Below, in pieces: positions 40,144-49,277 of a stretch of DNA of 64,000 bases. Location of the stretch: contig JAJFTT010000009.1 in assembly GCA_021372785.1 (NCBI GenBank), positions 12,413 to 76,412 on the forward strand, in the 5' to 3' direction. A program made the translations under genes and the position numbers. This stretch comes from Negativicutes bacterium. GTDB lineage: Bacteria; Bacillota; JAAYKD01. Within the stretch, counting starts at the first letter, position 1, and every line of letters begins with the position of its first letter. The notes below the pieces were generated by a model. It was not told the DNA's origin. It searched no databases and saw only the letters and a program-made list of their open reading frames with translations.

Positions 40144-40187
40144 TGGTTCAGAAAGCAAAATTAGGGAGATTAAAAGGAGAGAAACAT

Positions 40188-41312
40188 ATGATAACCGGTT
40201 TAAATCCTCAGAGACTCGGCTTTGGTGCGATGCGTTTACCGCTGCTGGAAGATGGTAAAACCATTGATCAAGCGCAGGTCAATCAAATGGTAGATACTTG
40301 TTTAGAGCAAGGTTTTACCTATTTTGATACAGCCTATACCTATAATGGCGGTAAATCCGAAGTCGCGCTGCGTGAAGGCTTGGTCAAACGCCATCAGCGC
40401 GAGCAATTCTTGCTTGCCGACAAAATGCCGGTGTTTATGATCGAGAAGCCGGAGGATTATGACCGCTTCTTCGCAGAACAATTGGAACGTTGCGGCGTCG
40501 ATTATTTTGATTTTTATTTACTGCACAATTTAGGCATTGAGAATAACCAGCGTGCGGAGCGTACCGGTGGTTTTGATTACTTGCAAAAATTGAAAGCTGC
40601 AGGCAAAGCTCGTTTTGTCGGTTTTTCTTTTCATGATACAGCCGAAGTTTTGGAAAAAATTCTCGGACAGCATCCGGAAGTGGACTTTGTCCAGCTACAG
40701 ATCAACTATGCCGACTGGGACCGTCCCAGCGTGCAGTCCGGCGCCTGTTATGCGGTAGCCCGTAAATACAACAAGCCGATCATTGTCATGGAGCCGATCA
40801 AGGGCGGTGCGCTGGCCAATCCCGTGGCGGAAATCAGCGAACTCTTTCAGAGCGTGCATCCCACCGCTTCCGCCGCCTCCTGGGCGATTCGCTATGCCGC
40901 TTCGCTGGAAGGTGTCTTTATGGTCCTGAGCGGCATGTCGAATCTGGAGCAAATGAAGGACAACTGCAGCTACATGAAAGAATTCCAACCTCTCACACAA
41001 ACAGAACGCGAAACGATTGCCGAGGCGGTCGAGATCATCAAACAATCGACCGCAATCCCCTGCACGGCCTGTCAGTACTGCGTCGACAGCTGTCCGATGC
41101 GGATCAATATTCCTTCCCTGTTCAGCATTTACAATATGGTGCAGCAATTCGGCAGCAATAATTTCCCCGCCATGCATTATACCCGCCAGACACTGGAACG
41201 CGGCAAAGCTTCTGACTGCATCGCCTGCGGCAATTGCGAAAGCCACTGCCCGCAGCATATTGCCATTATCGAAGAACTGGTCAAAGTAAAAGAGATGTTC
41301 GAGCAAGAATAA
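40188..41312 (+). CDS. Aldo/keto reductase fused to a C-terminal 4Fe-4S-cluster domain.
   Basis: AKR N-terminus (FDTAYTYNGGKSE). C-terminal CTACQYCVDSCP and CIACGNCESHCP ferredoxin-type motifs. Start at MITGLNPQ with an AAAGGAGAG ribosome-binding site. The ORF-track start at 40143 is trimmed. Confidence 0.65.
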   Translation: MITGLNPQRLGFGAMRLPLLEDGKTIDQAQVNQMVDTCLEQGFTYFDTAYTYNGGKSEVALREGLVKRHQREQFLLADKMPVFMIEKPEDYDRFFAEQLERCGVDYFDFYLLHNLGIENNQRAERTGGFDYLQKLKAAGKARFVGFSFHDTAEVLEKILGQHPEVDFVQLQINYADWDRPSVQSGACYAVARKYNKPIIVMEPIKGGALANPVAEISELFQSVHPTASAASWAIRYAASLEGVFMVLSGMSNLEQMKDNCSYMKEFQPLTQTERETIAEAVEIIKQSTAIPCTACQYCVDSCPMRINIPSLFSIYNMVQQFGSNNFPAMHYTRQTLERGKASDCIACGNCESHCPQHIAIIEELVKVKEMFEQE

Positions 41313-41363
41313 TAGATTGGGGTTGCACTGTGAACCAAATCGATTGTCTTGATGAAAACAGCA

Positions 41364-41399
41364 GAGGAGCTGCAGCGTTTTTTTTTGCTGCAGCTCCTC
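41364..41399. terminator. Bidirectional terminator between convergent genes.
   Basis: gaggagctgcagc-gttttttttt-gctgcagctcctc forms a 13-bp perfect stem whose loop is a T9 run. Confidence 0.55.
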
Positions 41400-41415
41400 C
41401 TTAGCGTACCTGCTT

Positions 41416-42111
41416 TCATTTACCCAGCTGGAAATAGTATAGGCAGGTAAATAACGATGCTGATATCACGAAACCTAAGATTTTCAAGAGCCGATTTGTT
41501 TTGATTTTTTCTTCTACTTCTATTTGTGTTAATTCATTCGTTTGAGGTGCCTTGAGGCGGCTGCCGAAACGAATCATCGTCCATGCAATAAAAATCGTTC
41601 TGAGCATAGCATAGGGAAAAACTGCAGCAGCCGATGTCAATGGATCAGGCCAATGCATGAATCGGATAAAAAAGGTGATTGCGATCCAAAAAAGAAGGAT
41701 CACGATAACTCCACCGGCAGCTTTCAGCTTGACATTACCCAACCGATTGTAGACGTACTCTAGTTGGTCATCAAACATCTTTTCTGGGCTCGCCTGATCT
41801 TCTTGGCTTTGGAAGATATTAAAATAATACTTCCGAAGACAGAAATCGCTGCGAAGAACCGTTACTCGTGCCCAACCTTGGCTGGTTAACGTATGGATGA
41901 ATTGCTCGTCTAGTGCGGCCTCACTTAACCATATTCGATACTTCATTGCGAAATTTGGTTTTTCTTCCTCATAACGAATTCGCGAATTCGTCAGTTTGGA
42001 TTGGCGTTCTTGCAAATGCCAGCCCTTAGCAGACATTATTTGCAAATACTTCTCAAAAGCTTCAACATCCCAAAGTGGGAAAGGCTCGGTTTGAGTCATT
42101 TCTGCTGCCAT
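41416..42111 (-). CDS. DUF2812-like membrane protein (the type usually paired with a PadR regulator), inside an AT-rich islet.
   Basis: N-terminal soluble region followed by C-terminal transmembrane helices. ATG at 42111 with a GGAAAGGTG ribosome-binding site. No intact PadR-like ORF could be found upstream, so this is read as an orphan or remnant context. The DUF call itself is tentative. Confidence 0.4.
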   Translation of the reverse strand: MAAEMTQTEPFPLWDVEAFEKYLQIMSAKGWHLQERQSKLTNSRIRYEEEKPNFAMKYRIWLSEAALDEQFIHTLTSQGWARVTVLRSDFCLRKYYFNIFQSQEDQASPEKMFDDQLEYVYNRLGNVKLKAAGGVIVILLFWIAITFFIRFMHWPDPLTSAAAVFPYAMLRTIFIAWTMIRFGSRLKAPQTNELTQIEVEEKIKTNRLLKILGFVISASLFTCLYYFQLGK

Positions 42112-42769
42112 CTTATTCACCTTTCCGTGGCATCATTTCTAGATAGCCAAAAAAAACGAGCGGTATCGTGAGTTCCGTTTCATAAAATATCCTGCTCTTT
42201 TTCTGTTTAATTTTTCAGAGCTTGCATTGCATCTTGTTCAACGGGAACGTCTCCCAGATAATAATCCAATGAACTGCTATGAATATATAGGAAATAAGAA
42301 GGGAAGTCAAGCTTTCCGGAATTTGGTATTTTACGAATATTAAGAAAAAATAAACGAATTAAAACCATGGAATAACTGTTAATCAACGTGCATTCTCCGC
42401 AAAGCATCCGTTATGAGAATGAATCTATAAATAAGACAAATAAATTCTTGATTATTCAGTAAATTAATTATAACGTAAATCTATTAACCTACTGATATAT
42501 CCATAAATAAATAAGAATATTCGATATAATACAATAGATGAGATAAATGATCGAATGGTTCTAAACAGGTAAAGTCTATGCTAAAGATGCTGTCTTTCTC
42601 TTCCCGGCCGAGTGGTGCGGCGATCGAGCAGGAAGCAGGTATATAAAAAAGCTTTGACGGATTTTGACAAGTGATGCCGGTATATAAAAAAGAAAACCTG
42701 CAACAATTTTCCCGTTTTGCTGCAGATTCTCTTTGGCTTTTTGTATTCTCCTCTCAGGAGAAATTTGAG

Positions 42770-44368
42770 CTAAACTCTATAAACGATTCTGCCGTCCACC
42801 ATGGTCAGCACAGCGGTGACATCCTTAATTTTCATCGGTGCAATGCTGAAAATGTCATCACTCAGCACAACCAGATCGGCAAGGAAACCGGGCTGCAAAC
42901 GGCCTTTTTTGTTTTCATCAAAGCTAACATAGGCGCTTTCAGTGGTATAAGCGTCGATCGCGTCCGCCACGGTATAGGCTTCGCTTGGGTTATAAGGTGC
43001 GCTGCCGTTGAGATCACGGCGCGTCACGGCACAATAGATATTATGAAAAGGATTCATATTTTCTACAGGGGAGTCGGTGCCGAAGCTGACGTGGATGCCC
43101 ATTTGATGCATGCTGCCGAAAGCGTAGGACGTGTCGGCTAGCGTACTTCCCACTCTTTCTCTGACGATATGCAGGTCATAATGCAGGAAAATCGGCTGAA
43201 CCTGAGCCAGAATATCAAAGCTGAGAAACCGCTGCAGCTGTACCAAATCGGTGATCTGACAATGAACCACACCGTTGCGCAGGGGATTCCGGCCTTTTTG
43301 CAGGGTGGATTCGTAAGCATTCAGGATCAGCTCGATGGCACCGTCACCGATGGCGTGGGCAGTAACCTGAAAACCAAGTTGATTCGCCGCGGCAACCAGT
43401 TGATTCAATTCCTTCTGATCGACACATTGAATGCCCCGGGTGGTGGGATCATCGGCATAAGGCTGCCGCATCAGGGCGGTACGCGCGCCCAGGGAGCCAT
43501 CCATGAATAGTTTAATCGGCCCAATCGTTTGCAGGCCGTTCACCTGACCGGTACGGTAGCCTTTGGCGGCAAAAGCATGCAGAGCATCTAATGTGGTGAT
43601 ATTGCATTGATGATAAACGCGCAAAGTCGGGCGTTCCGCCAGCACTTCCGTATAGGCAGCCAGCATGGTTTCCGTATTGTTGCTGTTGACGTCCATGGTC
43701 TGCACGGAGGTGATTCCCTGCGAGGCCGCATAAGCCATCGCCAGCCGGAGACTGTGCCGGATGGCGGCGAGATTTTCTGCCGGCTGCAGCCGGTAGATCA
43801 GGGCGTTGGCGCTTTCCCGGAAAATACCGTTGGGACAGCCATCCGCATCGGTATCGAAATGGCCGCCGGCTGGCTGCGGCGTGGCGGCGGTTACACCGGC
43901 GGTTTCGATCGCCAGGGTATTGGCTGTCAGAACGTGACCGCAGGCACGGCTGAAAATGAGGATGTGTTCCGTTGAAATCTGATCGAGGTCGTGGCGGTTG
44001 AGCAGACGCACTTCATCACTGAAATAGTCCTGATTCCAGCCGCTGCCGTTGACGACGCTGCCGGCAGGGACGGGATGCTGGCTGAGAAAAGCGCGGCCGC
44101 GGCGGATTACTTCGGTAATCGATGTAGCACCATAGAGGTTGACGGTCTGCATCTCGCGTCCGACCATTTGCAGATGCATATGGGAATCATTGAAACCGGG
44201 CAGGACCGTGCGTCCCGCTAAATCGATGCGCTCCGCATCAGCCGGAGCCTCTTGCAGAATTTCTTCAGTGCTGCCAATCCGGCGGATCAGGTTGTCTTCA
44301 ATCAGCAGCGCTTCGGCAAATTGACCTTGCCGGACGTAGATGTTGCCATGATAGAGGATAGTAGTCAT
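42770..44368 (-). CDS. Amidohydrolase-3 family metal-dependent hydrolase (YtcJ-like).
   Basis: 532 aa. PGFNDSHMHL is the HxH metal motif. Later His/Asp blocks (HAIGDGAI, FGTDSPV). Architecture matches Amidohydro_3. Confidence 0.65.
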   Translation of the reverse strand: MTTILYHGNIYVRQGQFAEALLIEDNLIRRIGSTEEILQEAPADAERIDLAGRTVLPGFNDSHMHLQMVGREMQTVNLYGATSITEVIRRGRAFLSQHPVPAGSVVNGSGWNQDYFSDEVRLLNRHDLDQISTEHILIFSRACGHVLTANTLAIETAGVTAATPQPAGGHFDTDADGCPNGIFRESANALIYRLQPAENLAAIRHSLRLAMAYAASQGITSVQTMDVNSNNTETMLAAYTEVLAERPTLRVYHQCNITTLDALHAFAAKGYRTGQVNGLQTIGPIKLFMDGSLGARTALMRQPYADDPTTRGIQCVDQKELNQLVAAANQLGFQVTAHAIGDGAIELILNAYESTLQKGRNPLRNGVVHCQITDLVQLQRFLSFDILAQVQPIFLHYDLHIVRERVGSTLADTSYAFGSMHQMGIHVSFGTDSPVENMNPFHNIYCAVTRRDLNGSAPYNPSEAYTVADAIDAYTTESAYVSFDENKKGRLQPGFLADLVVLSDDIFSIAPMKIKDVTAVLTMVDGRIVYRV

Positions 44369-44380
44369 TTTTTTATTCTC

Positions 44381-45763
44381 CTATGCTGCCGCAGCCGTTT
44401 TTCTGCGGCGAATGATTTCATAGAGGACAAAGCCGGCCGCCGGTACAACCAGGCCGATCAGGGAGGTGGTCGGATCTTCGATCAAGGTATTGATCATCAG
44501 GCCAAACATAATCACCATGGTCAGGATGACGCTGACCGGATAGAGCCAGACGCGGTAGGGACGGTTCAGGTCGGGGTATTTTTTACGCAGGACGATCACG
44601 GAATAGAAAATCAGAATATTAAAGATAAAAGCACTGAAGACAACGAGGGAGGTCAGTTGATCCAGATTGCGCGAGAGTACCAGCAGGATGGAAATGACGG
44701 CAGAAGCGATTTGCGCATTGACCGGTGTTTTATAGGTTTCATGCAGTTTGGCGCAGGAGGGGAAAAACAGACCGTCTTTGGCCATAGCATAATAGGTGCG
44801 GGGGAAAACCATAACACAGCCGTTGAGAGCGCCGAAAACCGAGATGGCCATGGTCAGACTGACCAGCAGCCGGCCGGTGCTGCCGAAGAGGGTGCCGGCA
44901 ACTTCGGTACCTAAAAAGTAGCTTTTACTGTTGAACAGGGCGGCGATCGCGTCGAGCGGCAGCACACGGTAAATGGCAAAATTGAAGAGGGTATAAAGCA
45001 GTGTGACGCCCGTGATGGCTAAGATGATGGCCAGCGGCAAATTGCGGTGAGGATTCTTGATTTCTTCGCTGATCGTATTCAGGTTGGTCCAGCCCTCATA
45101 AGCCCACAGGGTTGCCACCACGGCAAAGGCAATCATGCCGCAGAGCTGCACAAACGAAGGCTGAGAAGCAGGGATCAGGCTTAAATTGGGCGTCTGCTGA
45201 CCCATCAGCAAGCCGCAGATTAAGATGACGGCAATCGGAATCAACTTGGCGATCAGGAAGATATTTTGGACGAAAGAACCGAATTTAATGCCCAGGATAT
45301 TGATGGCAGAAAGCAGCACGATCAGGCCGATGGCAATGGCTTTGCCGGCGAGCGGACTGATGCTGAAAAAGCTGCCCAACAGATTGGGGAAGGCGATGGC
45401 CAAAGCAGCAATGGAGCCGGAACTGCCCAGCACGAAGCCGTTGATTCCGCTCATAAAAGCAATGCGTTCACCAAAGGCTTCTCGTAAATAGACATAACTG
45501 CCGCCTGCTTTTGGCATCATGGCGCCCAGTTCGGCATAACAGATGCCGCTGAGCAGGGTGATTAAACCGCCGATGATCCAGACCAGCAGGGAAAGGCCCA
45601 TACTCATGCCGGAGCGCATCAGGACATAAGAACCAAGGTAAAAGATGCCGGAACCAACCATGATGCCGCCCAGTACGCTGATGCCGCCGAAGAGACCGAC
45701 TTCCCTTTTGAATTCGGTTTGTTCCGACTGCAGTTCAGCCGGAGTGTGTGTGGTTTCATTCAT
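44381..45763 (-). CDS. APC-superfamily amino-acid permease, inferred lysine importer because a lysine riboswitch sits in its leader.
   Basis: 460 aa, twelve-transmembrane APC pattern (GSGIFYLGS, AELGAMMPKAGGSYVY). Strong AAAGGAG ribosome-binding site. The leader carries an L-box. Confidence 0.7.
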   Translation of the reverse strand: MNETTHTPAELQSEQTEFKREVGLFGGISVLGGIMVGSGIFYLGSYVLMRSGMSMGLSLLVWIIGGLITLLSGICYAELGAMMPKAGGSYVYLREAFGERIAFMSGINGFVLGSSGSIAALAIAFPNLLGSFFSISPLAGKAIAIGLIVLLSAINILGIKFGSFVQNIFLIAKLIPIAVILICGLLMGQQTPNLSLIPASQPSFVQLCGMIAFAVVATLWAYEGWTNLNTISEEIKNPHRNLPLAIILAITGVTLLYTLFNFAIYRVLPLDAIAALFNSKSYFLGTEVAGTLFGSTGRLLVSLTMAISVFGALNGCVMVFPRTYYAMAKDGLFFPSCAKLHETYKTPVNAQIASAVISILLVLSRNLDQLTSLVVFSAFIFNILIFYSVIVLRKKYPDLNRPYRVWLYPVSVILTMVIMFGLMINTLIEDPTTSLIGLVVPAAGFVLYEIIRRRKTAAAA

Positions 45764-45835
45764 AGATAAAAAACTCCTTTCGCAGTTACCGGGTCCCGGC
45801 CGTTAGATTCACCGGGCCCAAAGAAAAATGGGTAT

Positions 45836-45866
45836 TAAAAAAAGTTGCATCGCATCGATGCAACTT
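45836..45866 (-). terminator. Intrinsic terminator of the riboswitch expression platform (off-state terminator), upstream of the permease start.
   Basis: agttgcatcg-cat-cgatgcaact forms a 10-bp perfect palindromic stem, followed on the - strand by U7. Confidence 0.6.
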
Positions 45867-45904
45867 TTTAATGCCCATTTCAGTGCGAAAAAAAGTTAAC
45901 AATC

Positions 45905-46068
45905 GATAGCTCCTCTGAAAATACAACATATTTTCAGGAGTCTGCATGGTGTTCTCATGCAGCCCAACCTGCTTTCCTGCCGGAAAACAGTTTCGGCGGT
46001 TTACCCTTTCACCGAAGTCATTGAATGCCTTCTCATTTCGGTTACTTATCTCTCCGCGCCTCTACCAA
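45905..46068 (-). promoter_or_regulatory. Lysine riboswitch (L-box) in the leader of the APC permease gene.
   Basis: On the - strand: P1 5' strand GGUAG, then AGGCGCG (AGAGGNGCG core), GUGAAAGGG, CCGCCGAAAC, a P5 hairpin (CUGAAAAUAUGUUGUAUUUUCAG), AGGAG and the P1 3' strand CUAUC. This order parallels the B. subtilis lysC leader. About 164 nt. Confidence 0.6.
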
Positions 46069-46085
46069 CTTTTTTTATGTTCCTG

Positions 46086-46114
46086 AGTATATCATCCTCA
46101 TCCGGAATTGTCCA
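46086..46114 (-). promoter_or_regulatory. Putative promoter for the riboswitch-permease transcript.
   Basis: On the - strand: TGGACA, a 17-nt spacer, then TATACT, located about 10-15 nt upstream of the riboswitch P1. Confidence 0.35.
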
Positions 46115-46208
46115 GGATCGGTTTCTATAGAATTTTACCGGATCACTGAGAGCTTACCATAGTAAACAGGTTAAATGTCTCTTTTCAGTTTGTTTCACCT
46201 CAGCCTGT

Positions 46209-48566
46209 TTAGCCGCATTTGGAATAACCGCAATTGGAGCAAGTATAGCAGCCGCTGCCCGGGATTAATTCCTGACCGCATTCGGGGCAGGGATTGCTGA
46301 CCGGTAAGGCCGATTGCAGGATACCGGCAGTCTGCGCCGTCACAACTTCATCGACACCGCTGCTGTGCAGCAGCGGCAATTGATCGAATTGTGTCGCCGC
46401 CGCCGCGTTGGCATGCGCTTTCTTCTGCAAATTCGGGAACTGACGCAGCAAGGCGCGGGAGATAGCATCGGGGCAGGAAGTGACTGTAATACCCGGGCGG
46501 CGGATGCAGGCAGGACAGCGGATACCGCGCAGCTGCTCGATGATATTACCGGCGATGACTTCAATTTCTTCCGGAGAACGCCCCAAACGCAGACAATAAC
46601 TGATCAGACGTCCGGTCGCTTCCGATTGAGAAGCACAGCCGCCGAATTTACCGGTTTCACAGAAAACTTCGGCCAATCCGATTTCATCCCGGGAGCTCAT
46701 CACAAACAGAGAGCCGCAGCCGATAGAGAATTTCTCGATTTCACCTTTGGTTACCGCCGGCCGCGGACGGGTGGTAAAACGGTCTGGATTGTTGAAGGAT
46801 CTTTGCGCTTCTTTGCCGGTCCCGTTTGGCTTTTTGGTACCGGCAGTATAAACCTGTACATCGCGGGAACCGTCGCGATAGACGGTGAGCCCTTTGCAAC
46901 CGTTCCGATAAGCCAGCAGGTAGGCATGATTAATCTCCTCTTCCGTGGCGCTATTGGCAAAATTGATCGTTTTTGAAACAGCATTGTCGATATGCTTTTG
47001 GAAGGCGGCCTGAATGGCGATATGCGCTTCCGGTGAAATTTCCTGTGCGGTAACGAAAATTGCTTTTGCTTCCTCCGGTACATCGGCTAAATCGCCGACA
47101 CGCCCGGTCAGGCTGAGGGCTGACATCAAGCTGCTGGTATAGAAACCTTCTCTGTGTGCGTGCGCCGCGAAGTAAGGATTGACTTCCAGGAGTTGTGTCC
47201 CGTCCAGGACAGTCTTGACATAAGCCAGGGCAAAGGCAGGTTCGATACCGGAACTGCAGCCGGAAATCATGGAAATGGAACCGGTGGGTGCAATGGTGGT
47301 CAGGGTGGCGTTGCGCATCAGACGGCCTTCTTTTTCAAAGCGGGAACCTTTCCAGGCAGGAAAACAGCCGCGTTCTTTGGCTAATTCCGCAGAGGTATTC
47401 TGAGCGATGGCCTGGATAAAGGTCATAATTTCTTCTGCGACCTTGACCGCTTGCGGACTGTTGTAAGCGATTTTCAATTGGAATAACAGATCGGCAAAGC
47501 CCATCACACCCAAACCGATTTTACGCGTCAGCAGGCTGGCTTCCCGAATCTGCGGCAAGGGATATTTATTGATATCGATGACATCATCGAGGAAACGGAC
47601 GCCGGTTTGAATTACTTCGGCCAGTAAATCATAATCCACTTCGGTATGTCCGTTGTGCGATTTGACCATCAAAGCCAGATTGATTGAACCAAGATTGCAG
47701 GACTCATTATCCAGCAAGGGCTGTTCGCCGCAGGGATTGGTTGCTTTGATCCGTCCGATGTGTTCGACCGGATTATGCTCATTCATGCGATCGATGAAGA
47801 CGATACCCGGTTCTCCATTTCCCCAGGCGGATCGGATGATTTCCTGCCATAATTCTTCGGCGGCAATTTTTTCGTATTCTTTGCCGTTGTGGATTAAACT
47901 GATCTCCTTCTTTTCCTGCAGAGCGGTCATGAAGTCGTCGGTAATGGCGATAGAAAGGTTAAAATTGGTAATATCCATATTGTTGGTTTTGCAGTGGATG
48001 AACTCGCGGATATCCGGATGATCCACCCGTAAGATTCCCATATTGGCGCCGCGGCGTACACCGCCCTGCTTGACCGCTTCGGTGGCGGCATTGAATACTT
48101 TCAGGAAAGCAACCGGACCGGATGCCATTCCACCCGTCGATTTAACCAAAGCATTTTTCGGCCGCAACTGGGAAAAATCAAAACCGGTGCCACCGCCGGA
48201 TTTATGCACGAGCGCGGCGTTGCCGACTGCACTGAAAATTCCTTCCATGCTGTCTTCAACCGGTAAGACAAAACAGGCGGACAACTGACCCAAAGGCCGA
48301 CCGGCGTTCATTAAGGTAGGAGAATTCGGTAAAAAATACATCGAGCACATATGCTTATAAAAAGTTTCCGCCCAGATTTGAATGGCGCTGTTATCACTGC
48401 CGTAAAATGCTTCTGCCTGTGCTATTGTTTGGGCGACGCGCCAAAACAATTGAGCGGGCTTTTCGTAGTTGTCACCTTCATGCATCAGGTAACGCATTTC
48501 CAAAATTTTCAAGGCGTTACCGCTTAAGCGAGGTTCTGCTTCGGGTAGTAAGGACACGGTCATCAC
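46209..48566 (-). CDS. nrdJ: Ribonucleotide reductase large chain, probably class II adenosylcobalamin-dependent NrdJ, with a C-terminal zinc-ribbon.
   Basis: SPTLMNAG, NPCGEQPL and ESCNLGSINL are conserved class I/II RNR active-site blocks. No adjacent nrdB-like gene. The C-terminus has CPECG...CSNCG. 785 aa. Confidence 0.65.
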   Translation of the reverse strand: MMTVSLLPEAEPRLSGNALKILEMRYLMHEGDNYEKPAQLFWRVAQTIAQAEAFYGSDNSAIQIWAETFYKHMCSMYFLPNSPTLMNAGRPLGQLSACFVLPVEDSMEGIFSAVGNAALVHKSGGGTGFDFSQLRPKNALVKSTGGMASGPVAFLKVFNAATEAVKQGGVRRGANMGILRVDHPDIREFIHCKTNNMDITNFNLSIAITDDFMTALQEKKEISLIHNGKEYEKIAAEELWQEIIRSAWGNGEPGIVFIDRMNEHNPVEHIGRIKATNPCGEQPLLDNESCNLGSINLALMVKSHNGHTEVDYDLLAEVIQTGVRFLDDVIDINKYPLPQIREASLLTRKIGLGVMGFADLLFQLKIAYNSPQAVKVAEEIMTFIQAIAQNTSAELAKERGCFPAWKGSRFEKEGRLMRNATLTTIAPTGSISMISGCSSGIEPAFALAYVKTVLDGTQLLEVNPYFAAHAHREGFYTSSLMSALSLTGRVGDLADVPEEAKAIFVTAQEISPEAHIAIQAAFQKHIDNAVSKTINFANSATEEEINHAYLLAYRNGCKGLTVYRDGSRDVQVYTAGTKKPNGTGKEAQRSFNNPDRFTTRPRPAVTKGEIEKFSIGCGSLFVMSSRDEIGLAEVFCETGKFGGCASQSEATGRLISYCLRLGRSPEEIEVIAGNIIEQLRGIRCPACIRRPGITVTSCPDAISRALLRQFPNLQKKAHANAAAATQFDQLPLLHSSGVDEVVTAQTAGILQSALPVSNPCPECGQELIPGSGCYTCSNCGYSKCG

Positions 48567-48827
48567 TCCTTCGGATAATATTAAAGTGCCGGCTCAATAG
48601 GACGGCACTCGGGTGCAATTGCTATTTGATAAAAATAAACATTCTCTCCCCTCATAAGAAATTCCTTGTTTGGTTTCATTTTTCACATGTAAAATTGAAA
48701 CTCCGGCAGAGTGACGGATGGACGGAAGGATAGTTAGATAACGAATTAATTATTAAATTTCTTTGCCTGGAAGAGAAATCGGCAGGCAGTCGGAAAGGAA
48801 GAAGAGATACAAAGGGGGAGAACACAT

Positions 48828-49270
48828 GTTTTTCAAATTGGGAATTCAGAATGCCTGGCGTAAGTTGGCACGCAGTATCCTGGCAGTGATTTCCATGACC
48901 CTGGCGGCGGCTTTTTTCATTTAGATCATCCGCTCAGGCAGGGGTTACAGCATAGCAGAACAGTCACTGCCCCGGATGTTAAACGATAAATTGTGGCCTA
49001 TGCCAATAAAGTCACAGCGGAAATTCCGGAGGAAACTACAAATTGGCAAGATCAATGGGGTGCTTTGGATTTTACGGATTTGCCGCTGCTCTTTCCCAAG
49101 CTGACTGCAAGCGGTTATCTGCCGGCCATTGCCAACGGCTTTTACAAAAATCAGATCAGAGAATATTACCAGAGGCGAAATAAGAAGGAAGATCAGCAAA
49201 AAAGGTCGAATACAATCCAGACTTTCTCTTCACTAACTGCGAAAAGGCGACTGTCAAATGATGATAAGGA
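48828..49270 (+). pseudogene. Decayed, frameshifted N-terminal fragment of an FtsX/MacB-type permease, paralogous to the intact gene at 50239.
   Basis: MFFKLGIQNAWRKLARSILAVISMTLAAAFF* (32 aa, then stop) is about 70% nt-identical to the start of the 50239 gene (MFFRLGALNARRNLARSILAVVSMAVAAAFL). Homology continues in another frame: YANKVTAEIPEETTNWQ... matches YAQKVQGELPEGDSYWK... of the intact protein. Confidence 0.55.
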
Positions 49271-49277
49271 GTAAAAG

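Noticed and set aside
42671-43141. ORF 42671..43141 (+, 156 aa) and other + strand ORFs antisense to the amidohydrolase-3 gene (43169..43510, 43607..43975, 44252..44914)
   Set aside because: They are antisense shadow ORFs within a well-supported - strand gene. They have no motifs and biased low-complexity composition.
46069-46208. NrdR box or cobalamin riboswitch associated with nrdJ
   Set aside because: The nrdJ 5' region (48567-48830, - strand) shows only a weak cacatgtaaaat element and a 7-bp hairpin before the ribosome-binding site. There is no B12-box (GCCACTG) and no convincing 16-bp NrdR palindrome. Region 46069-46208 is better explained as the promoter/leader of the permease riboswitch.
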